From assembly GCA_020184695.1 (NCBI GenBank), contig JAANOX010000028.1:1-30804 (forward strand): 30,804 nt of DNA, read 5' to 3'. Each line of letters begins with the position of its first letter. The first letter of the stretch is position 1. A program made the translations under genes and the position numbers. Of this stretch, positions 11,501 through 20,384 are shown in pieces. The DNA comes from Histomonas meleagridis 2922-C6/04-290x (Eukaryota; Protista; Parabasalia). The notes beneath the pieces were generated by a model. That model was not told where the DNA came from, ran no database searches, and saw only the letters and a program-made list of their open reading frames with translations.

Positions 11501-14500
11501 TAATCATTTCTTTAAGAGATAGCAAGAACGAAATTATTGATTTATTACTTGAAAAAGAGGGAATTGATTTAAGTGCCAAAGATATTACTTTGTATTTTAT
11601 AATATTTGTTTGATAATTAAAATATTTCATCATAATATATGGAATTAATTCAAATTATTTCAAACAGCACTCATAATTGCAATGGATAAAGGATTAAACA
11701 AAATAATACTAAAACTTTTGGATTCAACAGATCTGAATTCTCGTGATGTTTTTTACTATTAATTACTGTTACTTCTAATGATTTAATATTTCATTGTAAT
11801 TTTTGGTGTTTTTTCGATTTAAATAATACGCCACTTATTTTGGCTGCACGTAGAGGTCAAACTGAAATTGTTAAAGAAATCCTTAAGCATAAAGAAATTA
11901 ATATAAATGCTAAAAACTTTTGTTTGTTCTTTATTATGTTTACTTAAATAATTTGAAATTTTTAAATAATATTTGGAAATTATTCAAATTATTTTCTACA
12001 GCACTTTTATCAGCGTCTGAAAATGGAAACACAGAAACTGTTGGTGTACTTCTTCAGCAAGAAGGTATTGATGTCAATACACAAGATATTAATTTTGTTT
12101 ATAATTTGTTTATTATAATATTATAATGTTTTTATAAAGTATATGGATTTTGTTAAAAAATTTTAAAACTTTACTTATAAGTGTAACCGAAAGAAATAAT
12201 GTTGGAATTGTTAAATTACTTCTCGAACATAAAGGAATTGATGTTAATGCTAAAGATATTGATTTATAATTTTTAAACATTATTTCAATAACTTTATGTA
12301 TCATGTTTATATTTGATATTTATTAAAATTATATAAAAATGCTCTTTCATATGCATTCGAAAAGAATTTCTCTCAAATTATTGAATTACTTGTTGAATAT
12401 GAAGGAATTGATATAATTCTTAAAGATATTAATTTGGATTGTTTAATGTGATATTTTAAAATTTCTTGTTCTCTTAATATATAAGAAATTTTAATAAATG
12501 ATTTTCAACAGCATTATTTTGGGCAGCTGAAAAAGGTTATCATAAAATTATTAAAATGCTAATTGATAATAAAAGGGCAGATTTGGAAGCTAAAGACTTT
12601 TATTTATATAGTTTTTTATTTATTTCGATAATTTTGGATTTCAACATCAAATTTGGAAACTATTCAAAATATTTAATACGCCACTTGTTTTGGCAACAAC
12701 ATTCGATCATATTGAGACAGTAAAATTACTTCTAGAATATGAAGGAATTGATGTTAATTGTATAGATGTTTAATCAATTCATTTCGTATTTGTAATAAAA
12801 TTATATAATTACAAAATTAAACATGGGAATTATATGAAGAATTTAGAACGCCACTTATTATTGCGTCTCTAAAAGGATACATTGATGTTGTCCAAGCATT
12901 ACTTAATCATGGGGGAATAGATATAAATGCTAAATCAATATATTTTTATAATTTAATATTTTTTTCAGTAATTAGATGTCTTAAAATAAAATTTGGTATT
13001 TATTTGTTTTGTATAATACAGCTCTTTTATCATCATTAGTTAATAGACATTTTGATGTTTTTGAATTACTTCTTCAACAAGAAGGAATTGATGTGAATGC
13101 TCCAGGCGCTTATTAATTTTATAGAAAATTTTTTTTCATGATTTGATATTTGAAAACAATATTTCATATTTATATAAACAATTTAAAGCACCACTATTAA
13201 TTGCTTCTGAAAATGGTTATGAAAAAATAGTTAAATTACTTATTTCGCGTAAAGATACGAATATCAACATCAAAACTGTATTTTCTTTTTATTTAATGTT
13301 CATATCACTAATTCGTTGTTTCAAAATAATATTTGGAAATTATTTGAATCATTTCAAAACGCACTTATTTTAACATTACCACAAAATCAGAAAGAAGTTG
13401 CAAAATTACTAATTAATGCAGGAATTGATGTAAATGATAATGATATTTTTAAATATCAATTATTGTTTAAAATATTAATTTTTTATTTCATCAAAATATA
13501 TGGAATTTTTTTTAATTTTATAATACAGGATTTATGTTATCATTAAAAACATATAACACAGAAATCGCTAAATTAATTCTTGATCAAGGAAAAGGAGATG
13601 TAAATTATAGAGGTGTTTATTAAACTTATTAAGAGTTTTTTCTATAAATTTAATATTTCAATATCTAATTAGGAATTTAATAATTTTATTTTTAACACCA
13701 CTTATTTTTGCATGTGATAATAGAAATGTGGAAATTATTAAATTGCTTCTCGGATTTAAAGAAATTGACATAAATGCTAAAGATGTTTATTAATTTGAAT
13801 TAATGTATATTATTATAATTGGACGTTTCAATGTTTTATTTGGAATTAATTCATATGATTTAATACAGCTTTAATGAATGCAGCTGCATCAAGTAATTTT
13901 GAAATTGTTAAGTTACTACTTGAACAAGAAGGGATTGATATAAATGCAAAAAATAATTCTGGTTTAACAGCGATTTTAATTGCGGCAGATATAAAAAATG
14001 TAAAAATTGTTGATTTACTAAAACAGCAAAAAGGAATTGAATATGATGAAGATGTATTAAATCAAACTTTAAACAAACAAAAAATAGAATTTAGCGATTA
14101 CCAATCAAATCCTTGGGTTTTAAATAGTGGAAATAATCATTGGTTAGAAAAACAAGTTTCTTTTGGAACACGTAAAACTAATAACTTTGGTTCACCAAGT
14201 AATCCTTGGAATACCTCAACAAATGGTTGGGGAAAACTTACAAATCATTTTAGATCAAATACAAATAATGGTTCAAATCAAAATAGTGTCTTTAGTTCAC
14301 CAAGTAATCCTTGGAATACATCAACAAATGTTTGGGGAAAATATACTCAGTTTGGATCAAATACAAATAATGGTTCAAATCAAAATAATGACTTTGGTTC
14401 ACCAAGTAATCCTTGGAATACCTCAACAAATGTTTGGGGAAAATATACTCATTCTGGATACCAACAAAATGATGATGATAGTGATCTTAGTAGTGATTCT

Positions 14501-14515
14501 AATGATAGTTCATGA
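8571..14515 (+). CDS. Ankyrin gene A: DUF3447-like N-terminus, about 25 ankyrin repeats and a WG/Asn-rich tail. 1449 aa after removing 94 non-canonical spacers
   Basis: ORF 8541-9965 (first ATG 8571) carries the parabasalid motif IIRNDEIEKLQE...SLIDYAAFFGSIKCFKFL. From 9927 to 13861, 24 hairpins are split by 17-nt spacers (one is 14 nt). Removing 1595 nt leaves 4350 nt, an uninterrupted frame that joins ORF 13874-14515. Confidence 0.88.
9927..13861 (+). repeat. Array of about 170-nt units: 90 nt of ankyrin coding sequence plus four 20-nt modules (17-nt spacer + one codon)
   Basis: Spacer blocks start at 9927, 10077, 10244, 10414, 10564, 10734, 10904, 11074, 11244, 11414, 11584, 11748, 11918, 12088, 12258, 12428, 12598, 12768, 12938, 13108, 13278, 13445, 13615 and 13785. 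Confidence 0.92.
14179..14455 (+). repeat. Three imperfect coding tandem repeats of about 35 aa (F[GS]SPSNPWNTSTN[GV]WGK...SNTNNGSNQN)
   Basis: Visible in DNA (ttcaccaagtaatccttggaatac x3) and in the translation of ORF 13874-14515. Confidence 0.85.
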
Positions 14516-15102
14516 AGTACCTTTGAGTTGAAAGAAAGAAAAATAAGGGGAAAAGATATGTTTTTATATGACAATTTTTCTACAGATATCAAATAATAGA
14601 TAACCTTTGAGCAACATAAAGTTATTACATAAAGTTTTCCCAACAATAGAGAATAAATAAATAAAAACCATATAATAATAGAATCAAATAAAATGTAGTA
14701 CTAATTGTTCACAATAATTGTATTAATGTTTTCAACTATAACTATGTTTGAATATTTTTTTTTAATAATTTTGAAAACTTGTAATATCTTTGGGTATCCT
14801 TGAAGTGTTGTTATCATTTTTACTTTTTTCTTATAAAATGATAAATTGTTAACTTTTCGATATTGGTACATGTTTTTAAAATTTAGGTTAACAATGAAAT
14901 AAAAAATTAAAAATCAGTTGTATAGCAAGCTTTTCTAGCCTTATGAACAATCTATTTCATAAACCGATCAATACCTTCCATTTCATATCACATTACACAA
15001 TCAAATTTCTATCATCTATTCAACGGTTGGACATCTATCGTAGATATTTCTGATGAATAACCGGTGCATAGTCAATTTTGATAAAAAGAGGAAACACTCG
15101 AA

Positions 15103-17916
15103 ATGAGAGGACTTAGGAACTTCATAACTGAATGTCTTAACTGCCGCAGCAAAGAAGAAGAAAAGGGCCGTGTTACAAAAGAGCTTGCCAACATTAGGAA
15201 GAACTTTGGAGCATCAAGAATGAATGGTTACAATCGAAAGAAATATGTTGCAAAACTTCTTTATATTCATCTTCTTGGTTATCAATTTGACTTTGGTTTT
15301 CCACAAATGATGGAACTTTTGACCTCAAATGTTTTTAGTGAAAAGCAAATTGGTTATATCACATTAGGTGTTTATCTTAATGGAAAGTATGACTTTGTTA
15401 CATTAATTATCGAGCATATCCGTAAAGAGATGAACAACGTAGAAAATGAACCTGCTCAATGTTTAGCCTTATGTTGTGCAGCCAATATTGGTGGAACAGA
15501 AATTGCCGAAACATTAGCACCATCTATTCTTCAAGTATTAATGTCCACCAGGAGCACTGATTTTGTCAAGAAGAAGGCAGCATTAGCATTAGTCCGATTA
15601 TATCGAGAAAATCCATCTACTTTTGTTTATACACCAGAATTTGGCACCACTGTTTTACGGCTTTTACAAGATTCCAACTTTGGTGTTCAATTATCTGGTG
15701 CATCATTAGTCTTAGTCTTATTACAAAAGCATACCAATGACTTACAAAATGTATTTCCGATAGCCATCCAAATGCTGAACAAACTTTTCTTTGAATTTAA
15801 CATTCCATTAGAATATACATATGGTCGTAACCCAGTTCCATGGCTTGTTATGAAGTATTTACGCATTTTACAGTTCAAACAAGAATGGACCGAACAAGAG
15901 TTATCATCCATTACTAAGACCATTGAGATCTGTTTACAAAAGACTAATCTCTTATTAAATATCAAAGAAGTCAACACTAACATGATGTTATTATTCGAAG
16001 CCATTAACTTAATCATTGCCACCCATTTATCACAAGCGTTATTAGTTAAATCGGCCACCATCTTAGGAGGTTTCTTATCAGCCAAGCAACCCAATGTTCG
16101 ATATTTATCATTAGAAACACTTACACGTTTAGTTGGTGCAGCACCAGATGTTATTCCATCATTAGGCCAACATCATCAAACATTATTTATTGCGTTACGT
16201 GATCCAGATAATTCTATTCGTCGAAGAGCATTATCATTATTATATGTTTTATGTACACAAGAATCAGCTGAAGAAATTGTACAAGAATTATTAAACTATT
16301 TAAAGTTTGCAGATATATCAATGCGAGAACCATTATGTTTAAAGATTGCAGTCTTAGCTGAAAGTTTCATGACTGATTTAGCATGGTATATTGATGTAAT
16401 CTTAACATTAATGACATTAGCAGGTGATGAATGTCATGATGGAGTTTGGCATCGTGTAGTTCAAGTTGTATCTATGAATCCACAATATCAACGTTATGCC
16501 ACATTAACATCATATAATGCAATGACTTCATCGAATGCACATGATCGTTTAATCCAATTAGCAGCTCAATTAGTTGGTGATTATGCACAATTAATACCAA
16601 CACCACCAGAAGAAGTAGTAAATGAACTTAAGAAGAAGATGAAACATTGTCAAGAACAAACACAAGCTATCATATTATCAGCGTTAGCTAAAATTGGTGC
16701 TCGTTATCAACCAGCACGTGCAGGTATCATTGAGTTCATCAAAGGTTATTGTGGTAATGAAAACACTGATATTCAACAACGTGCTATTGAATACACAACA
16801 ATATTAACATTGAAACAAAACGCAATACCAATAGTATTTAAACAAATACCACCATTTAAACCACGTGAATCATCACTTGTCCGTAAGGTACTTGAAGAAG
16901 ATAAAGGTACAACAATAACACAAGATGAAGATAATGAAGAAGAAGAACAAATTGATGAAGAACAACTTGCTACATCATTACCAGTACATAAACCAACACA
17001 ACAACATTCAGCACCACAACCTCAACAACAACAACAGCCAATGCAACAACAACAACAACAAGCACCAGTTGATGATCTTTTAGGTGACTTAGGAATGCCA
17101 CAACAACAACAACCAATGCAACAACGTCCACAACAACAAATGAACATGAACCAAAACAATGATTTATTATCCGCGTTATCTAATGTCCAAATGAACACTG
17201 GTAATAATATGTCATCACAAGAAATGACACTTAAACATTTTGCTATCAATGATACAGGTATAGCATATGAAGATCAATTTGTCCAACTCAGCTTAAACAT
17301 TCAAGCGCAAGGTCCTAATGCTATGTTAAGTTTCAACTTAATTAACAAATCACAACAACAAATTAATGGAATTAAATTACGTTTCCCTCCAGTTCCATTC
17401 TTCCGTACTAATAATCAAATGGGTCCTTCTTCATTATCGCCACAAAGCTCAGGTATGTATAAGTTTATGGTAACAGTCACTGCGCCATATACTGATCCTG
17501 CACCTTATCACTTCAGCTATAATGACGTGAATGAAACATTGAAGTTACCTTTGCCAATAACAAAGTTCATGCAGCCATTCCCAATGGATCAAAACACTTT
17601 CTTCGGAAGATGGAACCAATTCTCTGCGCCAAACCAAACAGCAACTGCTTCATTCCCAGTGCCTGCAGGACAAGACCCAACAAACCAAATGAGACAAGTC
17701 ATGCAGCAAATGCTAAGAATACCAACGTTGCCTTTGCAATTGCCTCAGTATAATATCGTAGGAACTGGAATCGTGCTGATAGAAGGTAACGCACAGGGAA
17801 TATTGGCAAGGTTCTACGCTGACCCGCAGACACAAAGAGTAATGATAGAAGTGAAGGGAACATCGCCGCAAATTACAAACTCAATCCAAAGAATTTTGGA
17901 CATTTGCTTCAAATAA
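15103..17916 (+). CDS. AP2A: AP-2 complex subunit alpha (alpha-adaptin)
   Basis: N-terminus MRGLRNFITECLNCRSKEEEKGRVTKELANIRKNF...YNRKKYVAKLLYIHLLGY is the conserved alpha-adaptin start. It is followed by the trunk (PVPWLVMKYLRILQ, DPDNSIRRRALSLLY, WHRVVQVV), a Gln-rich hinge and a C-terminal ear. 937 aa, no introns. Confidence 0.95.
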   Translation: MRGLRNFITECLNCRSKEEEKGRVTKELANIRKNFGASRMNGYNRKKYVAKLLYIHLLGYQFDFGFPQMMELLTSNVFSEKQIGYITLGVYLNGKYDFVTLIIEHIRKEMNNVENEPAQCLALCCAANIGGTEIAETLAPSILQVLMSTRSTDFVKKKAALALVRLYRENPSTFVYTPEFGTTVLRLLQDSNFGVQLSGASLVLVLLQKHTNDLQNVFPIAIQMLNKLFFEFNIPLEYTYGRNPVPWLVMKYLRILQFKQEWTEQELSSITKTIEICLQKTNLLLNIKEVNTNMMLLFEAINLIIATHLSQALLVKSATILGGFLSAKQPNVRYLSLETLTRLVGAAPDVIPSLGQHHQTLFIALRDPDNSIRRRALSLLYVLCTQESAEEIVQELLNYLKFADISMREPLCLKIAVLAESFMTDLAWYIDVILTLMTLAGDECHDGVWHRVVQVVSMNPQYQRYATLTSYNAMTSSNAHDRLIQLAAQLVGDYAQLIPTPPEEVVNELKKKMKHCQEQTQAIILSALAKIGARYQPARAGIIEFIKGYCGNENTDIQQRAIEYTTILTLKQNAIPIVFKQIPPFKPRESSLVRKVLEEDKGTTITQDEDNEEEEQIDEEQLATSLPVHKPTQQHSAPQPQQQQQPMQQQQQQAPVDDLLGDLGMPQQQQPMQQRPQQQMNMNQNNDLLSALSNVQMNTGNNMSSQEMTLKHFAINDTGIAYEDQFVQLSLNIQAQGPNAMLSFNLINKSQQQINGIKLRFPPVPFFRTNNQMGPSSLSPQSSGMYKFMVTVTAPYTDPAPYHFSYNDVNETLKLPLPITKFMQPFPMDQNTFFGRWNQFSAPNQTATASFPVPAGQDPTNQMRQVMQQMLRIPTLPLQLPQYNIVGTGIVLIEGNAQGILARFYADPQTQRVMIEVKGTSPQITNSIQRILDICFK

Positions 17917-18020
17917 GTAAAAAGAAAATTAATTCAATTTATGTACTTTGATAAATGTGTAAAATGATTTCAAATTTGAAATTGTCGAAGAAGTGCGTCG
18001 AAGTGGTTGTAAATGTTTAC

Positions 18021-19520
18021 AATTATCTTTATGTAATAAATAAAAAAGAAATAAAATGTTTTTTGATTGTGTTTTGCTTTTTTAATATTAATTATCTTTA
18101 TGTAATAAATAAAAAAGAAATAAAATGTTTTTTGATTGTGTTTTGCTTCTTCAATATTAATTATCTTTATGTAATAAATAAAAAAGAAATAAAATGTTTT
18201 TTGATTGTGTTTTGCTTTTCATATTAATTATCTTTATGTAATAAATAAAAAAGAAATAAAATGTTTTTTGATTGTGTTTTGCTTTTTTAATATTAATTAT
18301 CTTTATGTAATAAATAAAAAAGAAATAAAATATTTTTTGATTGTGTTTTGCTTCTTCAATATTAATTATCTTTATGTAATAAATAAAAAAAGAAATAAAA
18401 ATGTTTTTGATTGTGTTTTGCTTCTTCAATATTAATTATCTTTATGTAATAAATAAAAAAAGAAAAAAAAATGTTCTTAGATTGTTTTTTTGCTTTTTTA
18501 ATATTAATTATCTTTATGTAATAAATAAAAAAGAAATAAAATGTTTTTTGATTGTGTTTTGCTTTTTTAATATTAATTACCTTTATGTAATAAATAAAAA
18601 AGAAATAAAATGTTTTTTGATTGTGTTTTGCTTTTTTAATATTAATTATCTTTATGTAATAAATAAAAAAGAAATAAAATGTTTTTTGATTGTGTTTTGC
18701 TTCTTCAATATTAATTATCTTTATGTAATAAATAAAAAAGAAATAAAATGTTTTTTGATTGTGTTTTGCTTTTTTAATATTAATTATCTTTATGTAATAA
18801 ATAAAAAAGAAATAAAATGTTTTTTGATTGTGTTTTGCTTTTTTAATATTAATTATCTTTATGTAATAAATAAAAAAGAAATAAAATGTTTTTTGATTGT
18901 GTTTTGCTTCTTCAATATTAATTATCTTTATGTAATAAATAAAAAAGAAATAAAATGTTTTTTGATTGTGTTTTGCTTCTTCAATATTAATTATCTTTAT
19001 GTAATAAATAAAAAAAGAAATAAAAATGTGATTGTGTTTTTGCTTTTAATATTAATTATCTTTATGTAATAAATAAAAAGAAATAAAAATGTTTTGATTG
19101 GGTTTTGCTTCTTCAATATTAATTACCTTTATGTAATAAATAAAAAAGAAATAAAATGTTTTTTGATTGTGTGTTGCTTTTTTAATATTAATTATCTTTA
19201 TGTAATAAATAAAAAAGAAATAAAATGTTTTTGATTGTGTTTTTGCTAATATTAATTATCTTTTATGTAATAAATAAAAAGAAATAAAATGTGATTGTGT
19301 TTTGCTTCTTCAATATTAATTATCTTTATGTAATAAATAAAAAGAAATAAAATGTTTTTTGATTGTGTTTTGCTTCTTCAATATTAATTATCTTTATGTA
19401 ATAAATAAAAAAGAAATAAAATGTTTTTTGATTGTGTTTTGCTTTTTTAATATTAATTATCTTTATGTAATAAATAAAAAAGAAATAAAATGTTTTGTTT
19501 GATTGTGTTTTGCTTCTTTA
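18021..19520. repeat. 69-nt minisatellite, about 21-22 copies
   Basis: Unit AATTATCTTTATGTAATAAATAAAAAAGAAATAAAATGTTTTTTGATTGTGTTTTGCTT(T/C)TT(T/C)AATATT. It is fairly homogeneous in the first two-thirds and more indel-rich after about 19020. Confidence 0.95.
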
Positions 19521-19562
19521 AACATAAAACAACAATTCAAATCTTATTGAATCGATTTAACA

Positions 19563-19700
19563 GATTATATTTGACTCAAATAAAAAAAATGTTTTTGATT
19601 CAGTACAAGCGATTATTTCCATATTTGATTATATTTGACTCAAATAAAAAAACTGTTTTTGATTCAGTACAAGCAATTATTTCCATATTTGACTATATTT
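19563..19700. repeat. Two-copy tandem duplication of about 65 nt
   Basis: GATTATATTTGACTCAAATAAAAAAA..TGTTTTTGATTCAGTACAAGC.ATTATTTCCATATTT occurs twice. Confidence 0.8.
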
Positions 19701-20012
19701 GCCCATATATATTTAATATCCTTATAATTTATTATGTTGTTATCTGTATCTTATTTTAATATAAGGATAAGTAAAGAAAAATTGTTTTACAATTACGCAT
19801 TTATTATCAAAAAGTTTGAATGAAAAAGTCGATTTTCACTTTTAGTGAAAAAATTACAGTTTTATTTCTATAGTTTATTTGAATTCATGACTACTTTATA
19901 TTTTACATTTCCTTACAATATGTTTACGATGTCCAAATACTAATTGAAAACTAAGTAAAAATCAAATAAACATCAAAAAATAAATATAAAAATTTTTTTT
20001 TTTCTTAATAAT

Positions 20013-20067
20013 ATTCAGTTCGCACTGGGTGGTTATTAGATATTTTCGTGGTTGGGCATCGGCTAGC
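20013..20067. repeat. Copy 1 of a bipartite GC-richer element ATTCRGTTCGCWCTGGGT-N24-GGCATCSGCWAGC
   Basis: Matches 22631-22685 in both blocks with identical 24-nt spacing. Confidence 0.6.
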
Positions 20068-20384
20068 AGATTAATTTGATCAACTCAATAGTAAAAGAAA
20101 AAACATAAAGTTTCAATATAAAAATAAAATAAGTATATTTAATATAGGCTAACATATATATATTGTAAAAGTACTACTTCTAATTAAGAGATTTTTTGAC
20201 CAAGCTAAATTTTAATCATAGCATTGAAAATTTTAATTTTTATATTTATAAAAAAGGGGGATTCAACTTTAAATTCCTCGATTGTTTTTTGTTGAAATTC
20301 ATAACATATAAACAGCTTCTGGTATTGAGTTTATATATACATTTTTTGTAAGTTCGATTGCTGAGTTTTGATGTCTGGATATGA

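Noticed and set aside
11279-13546. Short ORF-track entries at 11279-11503, 11920-12126, 12113-12304, 13143-13373 and 13316-13546, and 25755-26024
   Set aside because: They are chance read-throughs of spacer plus one ankyrin exon, or antisense shadows. They are fragments of genes A and C, not separate genes.
9927-13861. Reading each 68-nt excess as one conventional GT-AG intron per repeat
   Set aside because: Most blocks have no GT at the start and no AG at the end. No single contiguous 68-nt deletion recovers the conserved Gly, which sits 20-23 nt before the T codon, without stops (e.g. AAT ATT TAA at 11241). Only the 4x(17+3) parse gives the consensus.
9927-13861. Spacers as sequencing errors, pseudogene decay or a CRISPR-like array
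   Set aside because: Errors and decay do not give 127 of 128 identical lengths at homologous positions in three genes on both strands. There are no constant direct repeats with unique 30-40 nt spacers and no cas genes, and the sequence is eukaryotic.
17955-19759. ORFs with a repeated INYLYVINKKEIKCFLIVFCFFN peptide and the antisense equivalent
   Set aside because: They are translations of the 69-nt minisatellite. Frames break at every indel and there is no sign of codon-level selection.
20050-20095. Faint resemblance to fungal 5S rRNA words (CTAGCAGA, GATCAACT)
   Set aside because: Spacing and the remainder do not fit a 120-nt 5S structure. This is probably coincidence.
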